Of a DNA stretch of 64,000 bases, positions 1 through 11,230 are shown in pieces. Source of the stretch: Chiloscyllium plagiosum (taxonomy: Eukaryota); contig NC_057712.1 in the NCBI RefSeq assembly GCF_004010195.1, positions 35,968,446 through 36,032,445 of the forward strand. The letters are read 5' to 3'. Every line of letters starts with the position of its first letter. The first letter of the stretch is position 1. The notes beneath the pieces were generated by a model that was not told the DNA's origin, ran no database searches, and saw only the letters and a list, made by a program, of their open reading frames with translations. Position numbers and translations under genes: made by a program.

Positions 1-470
1 CTCAGAAAAGATTTACCAGGATGTTGCTGAGAGTGGAGGGTTTGAGTTACAAAAAATAGACTGGATAGGCTGGAACTTTTTCTCATTGAACTGTAGGAGA
101 TCGAGGGGTGATTTTTGGAGGTTTATAAAATCATGAGGGGCATAGATAGGGTAAATGACAAGGGTCTTTTCCCTGTAGTGGGGGAGTTCAAAACCATGTG
201 GCACATTTTTAAGTTGAGAGGAGAAAGATTTTAAAAAGACATTGAGGTAATTTTGTTTTCGCAGAGAATGATTTGTGTGTGGAATAAATTGCCAAAGAAA
301 GTGATGGATGCAGGTACAGTTACAACATTGAAAAGGCATTTGGATAAGTATAGGAATAGGGAAGGTTTGGAGGGATGTGGGCCAAATCTAGCCAAGTGGA
401 ACTAGTTTAGTTTGGGAACATGGTCAACATGGATTAGTTGGGCCGAAGGGTCTGTTTCCATGCTGGTGGC
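1..470 (+). mobile_element. CR1/HER1-like LINE 3' fragment
   Basis: Decayed ORF2 C-terminus (QKRFTRML...) and 3' tail 'gggccgaagggtctgtttccatgctg'. Confidence 0.9.
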
Positions 471-826
471 TCTAAGTGACATATTGAAATCAAAGCATTA
501 ACTCTGTTTTTCTCTTCACAGATACTGCCACACCTGCTGAGTTTCTCCAGCATTCTGTGTGGTTGTTTCAGATTCCCAGCATCCTCGGTATATTGGTTTT
601 GCTTGCCCACTTGAGATATTTGTTTCATACTGTCAATGTGAGGGGATCCTGTGATGATATTTGATTGGCACAAATGTTTTTTCACTGCTATCAACACTGA
701 AGAACAGTCAGAATGCAAGAGATGGGAAGATTCATGAGATAAAGCAAGTAATGAGACAGTCGTTAGCAGTGGGATTGGGAAGAAAACTTTTCCAATCGGG
801 GAACAGTAAGAAACATACCCTCTCAC

Positions 827-1312
827 CATCTCATCAGGCATTAGTCAGGCTTCAGCCTCTTGAACTCTGGAAATAACTTCTTGACTTGCTGTAAGCATAC
901 CTGTCCTGCCCTCTCTTTTTAGATTAAATTAGATTCCCTACAGTGTGGAAACAGGCCCTTCGGCCCAACAAGTCCACACCGACCCTCCGAAGAGCAACCC
1001 ACCCAGACCCATTTACCCCTGACTAATGTAACTAACACTACGGGCAATTTAGCATGGCCAATTCATCTAACCTGCACAACTTTGGACTGTGGGAGGAAAC
1101 TGGAGCACTTGGAGGAAACCCACGCAGACACAGGGTGAATGTGCAAACTCCACACAGCCAGTAACCCGAGCTGGGAATCGAACCGGGTCCCTGGCGCTGT
1201 GAGGCAGCAGTACTAACTACTGAGCCACCGTGCCTCCCCAGTGCTGCTTCATTACCCAGTGGGCATCCTGCCCCATGTATTGCTCACGAAGGTTATCTGA
1301 GGACTCTCCTGA
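827..1312 (-). pseudogene. Candidate exon of unidentified decayed gene, split by a SINE
   Basis: Acceptor ctgtacag|; SGESSDNLREQYMGQDAHWVMKQHW [SINE] KERAGQVCLQQVKKLFPEFKRLKPD*CLMR; donor |gtgaga. Confidence 0.4.
921..1238 (-). mobile_element. HE1-like tRNA-derived SINE
   Basis: tRNA-like head (ggcacggtggctcagt...ggttcgattcc), central domain 'gggtttcctccaagtgctccagtttcctcccacagtccaaa', LINE-like tail ending in (aatct)n. Confidence 0.93.
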
Positions 1313-1390
1313 CTGTACAGTGAATTGATTTTTTAAAATAAATTGTTCTGAAAAGTCCACGTTACAGAGGTGTGTGCTCTCAAATTAGGA

Positions 1391-1690
1391 TGTTAACTCT
1401 GGTTACGTAAACACTTGAGACTGAGTTCTTGCTGGGAACAAAGATCAGAAGATTTATTCACATAGGAACCAAATGCATTCGAACTTTATCACAGACATTA
1501 TCATTGGGACAGTCTGGACTCATGCTGGATATGAACTGACCCCCTCCTGATAGGTTACAAAGGGCAGCAGCAGCCATTCTGGTGGAGCTGATACCTTTCT
1601 ACAAGAATATCGCACAGTACAATGCTACAAGGAAGGTAACACTTAAAGGAACATGCCTGTCTGATTACAGATACACGCAACCTTACAACA
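1391..1690 (-). mobile_element. Probable 3' LTR of a Gypsy-like retrotransposon
   Basis: TGT...ACA termini, minus-strand AATAAA near 1453, purine-rich tract (aggataaatgggcga) immediately before the LTR on the minus strand. Confidence 0.6.
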
Positions 1691-1964
1691 TCGCCCATTT
1701 ATCCTGTCAAGCATAGGATTTCTCCCAACAGAAAACATGTGCAAGGATACAGATTAAAAACGACAGAGCCGTATTTGCACACACGTTGCCTTTCTAGTTT
1801 AGGATGGAGTTTCAGTGTATTTATAACATGACTTGTACAGTTCTCAGGGTGTGGTTACGGAATTTCACTCTGTTGTGTGTGTTGTCTACTGTTTTAGATT
1901 GGTATGGACTCCTCAGCAGGGACGTGTTCTATTCTATGTTGTTGCTGGGCCTGTTAGTTAACTG

Positions 1965-2096
1965 GTAGGCGAAAGTGAGGACTGCAGATGCTGGAGATTA
2001 GAGTCAAGATTAGAGTGGGTGCTGGAAAAGCCACAGCAGGTCAGGCAGCATCCGAGCAGCAGGAAAATTGACATTTCGGGCCAAAGCCCTTCATCA
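1965..2096 (-). mobile_element. Penelope-type mini-element with hammerhead-like core
   Basis: Minus strand ctgatga-a-gggc-tttg-gccc-gaaa-tgtc; imperfect TSD ggcctgtt(a)gttawctg at 1948-1964 and 2097-2112. Confidence 0.75.
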
Positions 2097-3330
2097 GGCC
2101 TGTTGTTATCTGATATTTATGCAATGTTTTGAGAGTCTGAATCATCATTGTGGATTACCTGAGGATTATCTGAATGTCTCTTCAAATCTATCCTATTACA
2201 TGACCACTGCAGTCTCAATGATCAATTTGTCATGAACACAATTTTTCAGTGTCCTTCCTTACGGCCGAATGGTGGTTATCCTCTACTTTGTGATCCCGGA
2301 AAACCTGAGGCAATTGTTGACATGCTCCGTGACAGTATTCCTTCATCATTCTCTCCATTTTGAGCAAAGAACCATCTGCTTCTGGTTGGTTCAGAAGGAT
2401 ATGAGAGGGAAGAAAAGCACGGACAGTGTCTCAGGTGAAGGTGCATTGCCCTGAGGTGGTACATATACTTTCAATACGACAATCCCAAAGTCTTGACAAG
2501 TTGCCTTAAACTTCATGAGAGTTGGTTTAACTGTGTGTATTGTATCCTCTGCTAGACCATTTGATTGTGTATGTTGCAGAGTTGGTGTGATATTTTGAAC
2601 TCCCTGTTTCCTGCACATGGCTCCGAACGGTTACTGGTATCTTACACGATCTGCTGTGAGATGCAAGACATGCTAAAGATAGCGGTGAACGTGTCAGCAA
2701 CTGTGGTTCTGGTGGTATTCCTGACTTAAGTGACAAGATGAAATTTAGTAAAGTTATATAGTCCTGGCGCCCCTGGCCACAGCTTTGATGTCAGTTCGGA
2801 CTTGGAGCACAGCTCCGAATTGCGAATCCGCGCAGTGTAAGTGGTTCTGGGATTGACAAAGCAGACATACTTCACACAGTTGTATCAGCGATCAATGTCT
2901 TTCTCAGATTTGTGTGTGAACTTCAGGCTTCCCTCTGCTCTCTGACCGACGTAGAGATAGTTCAACATGTCCTGATGCACCGTTTTGGGATCAGCCCTTG
3001 CTTACCCTTGAAAATGACCTCACATGATAGCGCTAATGTTTCTGGATGCGGCTACTATGAATGTACTTATTCTGGAACCTAGTGAATGTGCTCAGGCTTA
3101 CTGCTGGTGAAGGTGTGTTTCAGATGGAGCATGCTGAATTTGTCCTGATTGGTTACCATCAACGTGGATGTGATCAACATGAAAGTTCTCATCCATCTCT
3201 GATTCAATGGCATCGACCTGGAAATCTATTGGGAGGTCTTTGTGATTGGCTGGATTTGGGAGCTGACTCCGATATCTGAAGTTACCATCATGGATTTCGG
3301 TTCGTAGTGGTCCTTCAAGCCAGAACCTTC

Positions 3331-3544
3331 GAGGAGAAAGTGAGGGCTGCAGATGCTGGCGATCAGAGCTGAAAATGTGTTGCTGGAAAAGCGCAGCAGG
3401 TCAGGCAGCATCCAAGGAACAGGAGAATCGACGTTTCGGGCAGGAATTCTGATTCCTGAAGAAGGGCTCAGGCCCGAAACGTTGATTCTCCTGCTCCTTG
3501 GATGCTGCCTGACCTGCTGCGCTTTTCCAGCAACACATTTTCAG
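3331..3544. mobile_element. Palindromic Penelope-type mini-element with hammerhead-like core
   Basis: ~75-bp inverted arms around ctgaaga-a-gggc-tcag-gccc-gaaa-cgtt; TSD cttcaagccrgaacct at 3313-3328 and 3545-3560. Confidence 0.8.
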
Positions 3545-3935
3545 CTTCAAGCCGGAACCTCAGGCTTTGATGAGAAGATGTCGGAAGATGTAGCGGCTTC
3601 CTGCAGATCATCTCCAGAGGCTTGTGGTCAGTCTGGACTACAAACAGGGCCACATGTGGAATCACTGCATTCTGAACATTAGTGCCAGAGTTTCCCTTTT
3701 GTCCTGCCAATACTCACTGTTTACTGCTGCCATATTTCATTCTAACACTGTGGTATTGTTAGATCTCCGTTCCCTTGGAAAATACCCATCTCCAGTTTAA
3801 AGTTTCAAGGAGCTATGAAGTACTTTGGGTTTGCGCCATGTGGATGTTAGATTTTGAATGTGAGACAAATGTCATTTTGCCAGTTGGAGGTGACATTGAA
3901 GGGTTGTCATGGTAAATATGAATTTAAATCTTAAC

Positions 3936-4094
3936 CTGGAGATCCTGTGATTTGCTTCTTCTGCAGTTCAGGAGCCTTTTTAAAAGCGGTGATAAAACAG
4001 GTGAAGCAGAGAGCAACTTTACAGACCCTTCGGCCAGGCTTGTGCTGCAAACCCTTTTCAACACGAGCAGAAGCTGGGGGAGGTGAGGCTGCTG
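3936..4094 (-). pseudogene. Candidate exon (phase 0-0, 53 codons) of unidentified decayed gene
   Basis: Acceptor ttccctcgatccccttgcag|, open frame QQPHLPQLLLVLKRVCSTSLAEGSVKLLSASPVLSPLLKRLLNCRRSKSQDLQ, donor cag|gttaag. Confidence 0.4.
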
Positions 4095-4250
4095 CTGCAA
4101 GGGGATCGAGGGAAACCAGTCACCATGCAGTCAATCCCATGTTTGAAGGTGCCCAGAAACAGGATTGGGAGCAGCTGATCTTGCTAGAGTACAGGGCTAG
4201 CCCCAGTAACCGTGAGAACAATCCTTGATAATTCTGACAAATTCAAATGA

Positions 4251-4527
4251 GTGGCATGGTGGCTAGCACTGCTATTTCACAGCACCAGGGACCTGCGTTC
4301 GATTCCAGCCTCGGGCGACTGCCTGTGTGGAGTTTGCACATTCTCCCAGTGTTTCTCCGGGTGCTCCGGTTTCCTCCCACAGTCCAAAGATGTGCAGGTC
4401 AGGTGGATTAGCCATGGGAAATGAAGGGATAGGGTTTGGCAGATGGGTCTGGCTGGGATGCTGTTCAGAGGGGCAGTATGGATCTAATGGGCTGAATGGC
4501 CTGCTTCCACGCTGTGGGGATTCTATG
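4251..4527 (+). mobile_element. HE1-like SINE (decayed)
   Basis: Same head, core and tail as other copies. Confidence 0.88.
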
Positions 4528-4979
4528 AAGCAAAGTGTTCTACCGTTAAGTGCTGGGAGGGTGAATTGGCCTAGAAGGAACACCATGGAGAATATACAAA
4601 GCCTCTTAACAGCCAGGGTCAAAGGCCAAAACAAGTGGCAGATCACTCATGGGAAAAGCCTCACCGAGACCTTACAGAATGAGCACGGTGAGATTCTCAC
4701 TCAGAACATTTCAACGTTAGTCATGGGGGGCTTGACCATTTCAAGAGGCATTACTGTGTGTAAAAGTCTAAAACGTCCGGAAAAATATACAACGCTGACA
4801 CAGAGAGGCTGATGAATGCCCATCGTTCGTGGACAGACAATGAAGGGGGAGGCTACTTGGCAAAACAAGTTTTCATAATTGATGGACTGGGGTATTTTTG
4901 GAAAAGTATGCTCCAGAGGACATTTCACTGAAGGGGAAGACAGACCAGGAATCCAAGCTATGCTTCATGGAACCACTGT

Positions 4980-5480
4980 TAGAGTGTTTATATTTAAACC
5001 CCGGCTTTAAAACATCATAGTCATTGAGCAGCAACTCTAAGAACGATCTGCAAGTCACTTGTCACTCAAGTATTAAGCCTGGATGACAAGGGCAGTAATG
5101 GCTCTCTCTGAATGCCATTGATGACTGGAGGGCACATTGTGCCAAAGAAAATCTTCCCATCAAAATAACTTCCTGTTAGGTCATTGCCCAACTCATCCCA
5201 TCAACTTTAATGAAGACTCTAAAAATGTGAAGATGCTTTTCCTGCCAGCCAACATAATGTAATTGACATAGTTCACGGATCGGGGACCAATGGTAATGTT
5301 CAAGGCTTAATTGCTCCACTGTACCTACCACCAGCTCATCAAAGGAACAGGAGGTGAGAATGAGTGTCTTATAACATCCTCAAGGACACTGACAATGTTA
5401 CTGACTTGGGGGATGAAGGTCATGTTGCTGCATCTGACCATTGTAGAGCCAAGAAGAATCTCAAGAAGACTAACCCTGAG
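4980..5480 (+). mobile_element. Tigger/pogo transposase relic (DDE_1 domain)
   Basis: Frameshifted motifs 'KAWMTR', 'HCPTHP', 'NVKMLFLPAN', 'DRGPMVMFKA' resemble the pogo consensus KAWMT / LDNAPGHP / FLPPNTTS.QP.DQG.I..FK. Confidence 0.75.
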
Positions 5481-5642
5481 GTTCAACATGGATCTTTGAC
5501 CTTGGTGAGGGAGGCAGGTTTAGATGAAGTGGTGAGGCCGATGATGTAGAATTGGTTGCATCCCCTGGAGATTAATTTTCCAAGACTTGATGAAGTTTGA
5601 GAGTCAACAAGCTGAAGAGGACGACAGGACTGAGATATCAGC

Positions 5643-5903
5643 TTCGCACGTCCTCCCCGTGTCTGAGTGGGTTTCCTCCGGGTGCTCCGGTTTCCTCCCA
5701 CAGTCCACAGATGTTCAGGTTAGGTGAATTGGCCATGCTAAATTGCCCATAGTGTGCAAGGATGTATAGGTTAGGTGCATTAGTCAGGGGTAAATATCGG
5801 ATAATTGGGTTGGGGATTGGGTCGGGGTGGGTTACTCTTCGGAGTGTGGACTTGTTGGGCTGGAGGACCTGTTTTCACACTGTAGTGATTCGATGATTCT
5901 ATG
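5643..5903 (+). mobile_element. HE1-like SINE, 5'-truncated
   Basis: Core 'gggtttcctccgggtgctccggtttcctcccacagtcc' and tail. Confidence 0.88.
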
Positions 5904-5904
5904 A

Positions 5905-6800
5905 AAATATTGGAGGCTTGGTTAGCAAGTTTGTGGATGACACCAAAATTGGGGATAAAATGGACAGTGAAGAAGGTTATCTAAGTGTACAATGGGATCT
6001 TGATCAGTGGCCAAAGGTATGACAGATGGAATTTATTTGAGATAAATGCTAGGTGTTGCATTTTTGTAAGGCAGGACTTACACAGTTAATGGAAGGATCC
6101 TGGAGAGTGCTGTCGAACAGAGAGACTTGGGTGCAGGTACATAGCTCCTTGAAAGTGGCATCACAGGATGGTGAGGAAGGTGTTTGGCACAACTGCCTTC
6201 ATAGATCTGAGCACTGAATACAGAAATTGGGATGTTAGTTACGACTATAGTGAGGCTATATTTGGAATCCTGCATACAGTTCTAGTCATTCTGCTTTAGG
6301 GAGGAGGTTATTAAGCTGGAAAGGAAACAAAAATAATTTCCAAGGATGTTTCTGAGATTGGATGGTTTGAATTATAAGGACGGGCTGGGACTTCTTTCCC
6401 TGGAGTGTCGGAGGCTCGGGGTGACCTCAGAGAGATTAATAAAATCATGAGGGGCAGAAATAAGGTGAATAGCCGAGGTATTTTCCCCAGGGTAGGGAAA
6501 TCCAAAACTGGAGGGCATTGGTTTAAGGTGAGAGGAGGAAGCTTTAAAAGAGACATAAGGGACAACATTTTCACACTAAGGATGGTATGTATGTGGAGCA
6601 TGCAGCCAGAGGAAGTGGTAGAGATGGGTACAATTATAACATTTAAAAGACATTTGGACAGGTACATGGATAGGAAAGGTTTAGAGGGATATGGGCTAAA
6701 TGCTGGGAAATGGGACCTGTTCAGTTTAGGAAACCTGGTTGATGTGCATGAGCTGGGCTGAAGGCTCCGGTTCTATGCTGTATGACTCTATGACTCTGTA
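5905..6800 (+). mobile_element. CR1/HER1-like LINE 3' fragment
   Basis: RT motif FVDDTKIG through tail 'atgctgtatgactctatgactct'. Confidence 0.9.
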
Positions 6801-7038
6801 ATAGAGCACTATGCTAGAGTAGGTAGAGAGATCAACATTACCATTAACAGTCCCCTGGAAAAGCAAGAAAACTGTCAAACACTTTGTGGGTAAATGTTTC
6901 AAGACTGTTGGTAAGCTTGGAGTGTCATGTTCTCTTTGAATAATTGGAACTCTGCTACAAGGTGAGTAGCTTGCCAATCCATGTTGAGAGTTTTATTCTC
7001 CACTGTGGCCTGTATTTTATTTGATTGCTGTACCTTCA

Positions 7039-7256
7039 AAGTTGGTTCCGATATAACGCGATAGTCCCGTTCTCGAGTGATCCATGTTAAAAGAAAATCG
7101 TGTAATAGCAGTACCATCTAAACCAACAGAGCCAGAATCACATTATAGCCAATACAGGTTAGGACGGTTCACGTTCTACAAATAACGCTCTAAATTCTTC
7201 AATCGCATTAAAGCCAATTCGCATTGAAGCAACATGCTTTGTAGCAGAACCGACTG
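7039..7256. mobile_element. Tigger-type MITE
   Basis: Imperfect TIRs aagttggttccgatataacgc / gctttgtagcagaaccgactg followed by TA. Confidence 0.7.
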
Positions 7257-7268
7257 TACTATACTCAC

Positions 7269-7641
7269 AGAAATTTCTGCAGTTTTGTTACTGACCTGTC
7301 CCAAGTTTAAAATTTCCCTTACAGCTGTGGCTGCAGTTTCTTTTGTTGTCACTGTGCTGGGAGAGATACTGTTGTAACTAGATACAGTGCAGTAAGTCTA
7401 ATGGTGGGTTGACCGTGGGTTGCAATGTCTTTATTTTTGGAGCCAGCCTCAGGGACCAGGCATCTGATTTCTCTTTTGATCTTTTGCAACGTATCAACAT
7501 AATAACAAATGAGAAACTCTATGAGGGCAGATTGTCTAGTCATGTCCCTCTGCAATCCACAATTAGAAGCTTTCAGCACCTTGACCTTCTTGTAAGTCAC
7601 GTGATCTACAGCAGCCATGTTAAAGATCCAGCAAAGTCAAA
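7269..7641 (-). pseudogene. Candidate exon (phase 1 start) of unidentified decayed gene
   Basis: Strong acceptor ctctctttttgttttaaag|; F*LCWIFNMAAVDHVTYKKVKVLKASNCGLQRDMTRQSALIEFLICYYVDTLQKIKREIRCL..., frameshift near 7395, then ...VTTKETAATAVREILNLGQ; donors |gtcagt (7296) or |gtgagt (7269). Confidence 0.5.
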
Positions 7642-7699
7642 CTTTAAAACAAAAAGAGAGTACAGTTTTATCAATTTGTAATATATTTCATATCCCCAT

Positions 7700-8285
7700 G
7701 GACATCTATTAGATACTCCCTTACTGGAGATGGTCATAGCCTGGCATTGGTGTGGTGTCAGTGCAGCTTAAAATTAACAGGCCAAACCTGGATATTGTCC
7801 AGATCTTGTTGCATTTGAACACGGACTGCTTCAGTATCTGATGAGTCACGAGTGGTGCTGAACATTGTGTAATCATCAGCAAACATCCCCACTTCTGACC
7901 TTATGATGAAGGGGAGCTCATTGAGGAAGCAGCTGAAGCTGGTTGGGCCTGGGACACTACCCTGAGGAACTCCTGCAGAGACGTCCTGGAGCTGAGATGA
8001 CTGACCTCCAACAACCTCAACCATCTTCCTATGTGCCAGGTATGACTCCAACCAGCAGAGAGTTTTCCCCCACCTCCTCCCACCCCCCTCCCCGGATTCC
8101 CATTGATTCCAGTTTTGCTGGGACTCCTCGATGCCACACTCGGGTCGAATGCAGCCTCAATGTCCAGGGCTGCCACTCTCCCCTACCCTCTGGAATTCAG
8201 CTCCATGTTTGAACCAAGGCTGTAATGAGGTCAGGGGTTGGCCCTGGTGGAACCCAAACCAGGCATCACTGAGCAGGTTATTGGT
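7700..8285 (-). mobile_element. LINE RT fragment (second CR1/L2-clade family)
   Basis: AGVPQGSVPGP...MFADDYT and ALDIEAAFD reverse transcriptase motifs. Confidence 0.9.
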
Positions 8286-8477
8286 TACAGAAGTGAGTTC
8301 ATGTGATGAATCTGCCAGGAATTTGTCCAATCAGAGTTGCCAACTTTTGACAGTGACACACTTGGGACCAGGTATTGGTGGAGGGGCAGATAGTCAGTGG
8401 ACCATTTGAACCAATAAGATACCAGTTCTGGGAGTAGGCAATACTGGGCACGAGCCAATCAGTTGCTTGTTACTCAC

Positions 8478-8507
8478 ACAGCACCAGTTTGGTTTCGATT
8501 ATCTTCC
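8478..8507 (-). pseudogene. Candidate 30-bp exon (phase 1-1)
   Basis: Acceptor tttaatatag|, (G)KIIETKLVL, donor |gtgagt. Confidence 0.45.
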
Positions 8508-8711
8508 CTATATTAAATGGATCAAACTAATAGTACATTTCAAGTTTCTGTCAGTAACACTGTCCTTCCAAAATAGCCACTTGGTTTCCTAATCACAGCA
8601 GAACTGTCCCAGGGTACTTCATAGGGGCCTTTTCTTAAAAAGTCACTAGAGTAAATGACCCTCAGCCATTAAAGGTAAGCTTTATAGTATCTTTAGTGAG
8701 GATGACAGGTA

Positions 8712-8972
8712 GATTAGATTAGATTCCCTACAGCATGGACACAGGCCCTTCAGCCCAACAAGTCCACACTGACCCTCCAAAGAGTAACCCACCCAGACCC
8801 ATTTCCTCCTGACTAATGCATCTAACACTATGGTCAATTTATGCACATCTTTGGACTGTGGGAGGAAACCCACACAGACAATATACAAGCTCCACTCAGA
8901 CAGTTGCCTGAGGCTGGAATTGAACCTGGGACTGTGGAGCAGCAGTGCTAACCACTGAGCCACCGTGCTGCC
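8712..8972 (-). mobile_element. HE1-like SINE
   Basis: Head ggcagcacggtggctcagtggttagcactgctgc; tail (aatct)n. Confidence 0.9.
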
Positions 8973-9530
8973 CAGGTAGAGAATTGGAGAGATTTAGAAA
9001 GAGTGTTCCAGAGCTTAAGGCCTCAGCAACTGTATATATGATGGAAGGAACAAAATTGAGACTCAGCATTAGAATTGGAGGCACAGAGATCTTAGAGCAA
9101 TGTAGGGGCTAGACAAGATCATAAAGATGGGAGGAAGGGGGTGACAAGCAGTGGAAAATTTCAAATGAGAACGTAGATTTTAAAATTGCCTCGGAAGAAA
9201 CAAACAGTCAAATTTGTGAATGACACAAACTAGTCTGATTTGTTGTGTATGCTTCCAAATGGAACTCCTGGAAGCCCTTACTTTAATTTCCAAGTTTTGC
9301 AGATCTTTTCCTGATGCTTCCCTCAGGAGCCAGTGTAGGTCAGCAAGCACAAAAGGAATGAGTGGATGGTCCTGTTTGAATTAGGATACGGTCAACAAGA
9401 TTTAACATGAGCCTGTGTTTACAGAGGATAGATAGAATGCGGGAGGTTGTAGTGAGTGAAATGTAGGGGTGCCAGGTCATGTCAAAGCAGGAACAGTTCT
9501 CAGGATAGCCACCAGATGGAGCCTTAACAC

Positions 9531-9594
9531 CATAGGTTGATGTTGCGTTGGGGTTATACAGAGTCCAGGAAACACAAGTCTCATCAATGGCTAA
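9531..9594 (-). pseudogene. Candidate exon (phase 0-1)
   Basis: Strong acceptor ttgtttccctgtgtccacag|, LAIDETCVSWTLYNPNATSTY(G); weak donor |gtgtta. Confidence 0.45.
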
Positions 9595-9989
9595 CTGTGG
9601 ACACAGGGAAACAAGTAAATTACACAACCAAAAAATAGGACAGGACTAATATTCAAGCAGATTTGGAGGAATTTTTAGGAGTTTTAAATTCACTCCTCAT
9701 TATTTGTAACCCTTTACAGTAACTAATCAGGGTAATGAGGAACCATAATTAATAACAGGAAGTTGTCCCCCATCTTGTGACATGATGTGGAAGACGAGAT
9801 TCCAAAGTTATCCATTGAGGCTGAGAGATATTGTAACGTGTCACTGATTTATATTCCAACACCACACTATCTCTGATCCTCTGTTCTTTGCAATTATCGA
9901 ATCATACAGCACAGGAGAAAGTTACTCATCCCACTATGCTGTGTCTGTGCTTTGGCTGAGCAATGCAATTAATCCACATACACATACAG

Positions 9990-11230
9990 GACGGACCTGG
10001 GCAATTTTCTACATTGTCAGGTAGCTGCCAGTGTTGTAACTGTACTGGAACAGCTTGGCAAGGGGAACAGCAAGTTCTGGAGCACAAGTCTCTATAGTAC
10101 TATTGCCAGAATGTTTTCAGGGCCCATAGTCTTTACAGTGTCCTGTGTCTCCAGCCTTTTCATGGAGAGAATCAAATTGGCTGAAGATTGGTATCTGTGA
10201 TGCTGGGGACCACTGGAGGAGGCCGAGATGGATCATTCACTCAGCACTTCTGGCTGATGATTGCAGTGAAAACTTCAGCCTTATCTTTTGCACTGATGTG
10301 CTGGGCTCTTCCATCATGGAGGATGGGGATACTTATGGAACCTCCTTCTCCAGTGATTTGTTTATTAATCCACCACCACTCAGCACTGGATTAGGCAGGA
10401 CTGCAGAGCTTACATCTGACCCTCTGGTGGTTGGATTGCTTAGCTCTGTTACATGCTGCTTCTGGTGTTTTGCATGCGAGTCCTGTTTGGTGGCTTCACC
10501 AGGTTGACACCTCATCTTCAGGTATGCCTGATGTGCTCCTGACATGCCTGCACGCTTCATTAAGTCAGGGTTGATATGCCGGGTCGTGAGGTTACAGATT
10601 GTGCTGGAGTACATTTCTGCTGCTGTTGCTGGCCCACAGTGCCTCATGGATGCCTAGTCTTGAGTTGTTTGATCTGTTTGAAGTCTGTCCCATTTGTTTA
10701 CTGCACAATATGGTGGTGGGTATTCTCAATGACAAGGTGGGACTTCGTCTCCACAAGGACTGTGCGGTGGTCACTCTTACCAATACTATCATGGACAGAT
10801 GCATCTGCAGGCAGCAGATCAGTGAGAATGAGGCCAAATATGTTTTTCTCTCAGCACTATATGAATAGGAAGGGTTTGGAGGGATATGGGCCGGGCGCTG
10901 GCAGGTGGGACTAGATTGGGTTGGGATATCTGATTGGCATGGACGGGTTGGACTGAAGGGTCTGTTTCCATGCTGTACATCTCTGTGACTCTATGACGTG
11001 CTGCAGATCCAGTCCAGCAGCTATGTCCTCTAGGACTCCACCAGCTCAATCAGTAGCAGTGCGTGGTGATGGACACTGAAATCCCCCACCCAGAATATAT
11101 TTTGTTTCTTTGCCATCTTCAGTGCTCCCTCCAAGCGTTGTTCAACATGGAGGACCAATTCATCAGCCGAAGGAAGGAAGGTATCAGCAGGAGCCTTCTT
11201 TTCCCATGTTTGAACTGACGAGATGTTATT
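9990..11230 (-). mobile_element. LINE ORF2 fragment (second family) with nested CR1 3' end (+, 10855-10995)
   Basis: Endonuclease/pre-RT like decayed frames; nested copy carries the HER1-like tail. Confidence 0.8.

Larger units (their letters stand above)
1691..3710 (-). mobile_element. Decayed Gypsy/Ty3 pol (RNase H and integrase)
   Basis: RNase H motif 'ETLALMF...FVVQTDHKPLE' (~3620-3705); integrase motif 'QSNGLAEDTIHTVK' (~2530-2575). Confidence 0.85.

Noticed and set aside
3967-4082. Plus-strand exon candidate (ctgcag|...|gtgagg)
   Set aside because: No resemblance to ARID4B; it is the antisense of the minus-strand candidate exon.
7349-7618. Reading this ORF as Gypsy gag (ASNC...LIC)
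   Set aside because: It lies upstream of the gag-like N-terminal motif at ~6980, the wrong order for one element, and has a strong acceptor. The exon reading is preferred but gag is not excluded.
3936-9594. Family guesses for the relic gene (RecQ 'AIDE', GREB1 'DDSCVMW', CHAT domain)
   Set aside because: Each matches only a few residues and the flanking motifs are missing.
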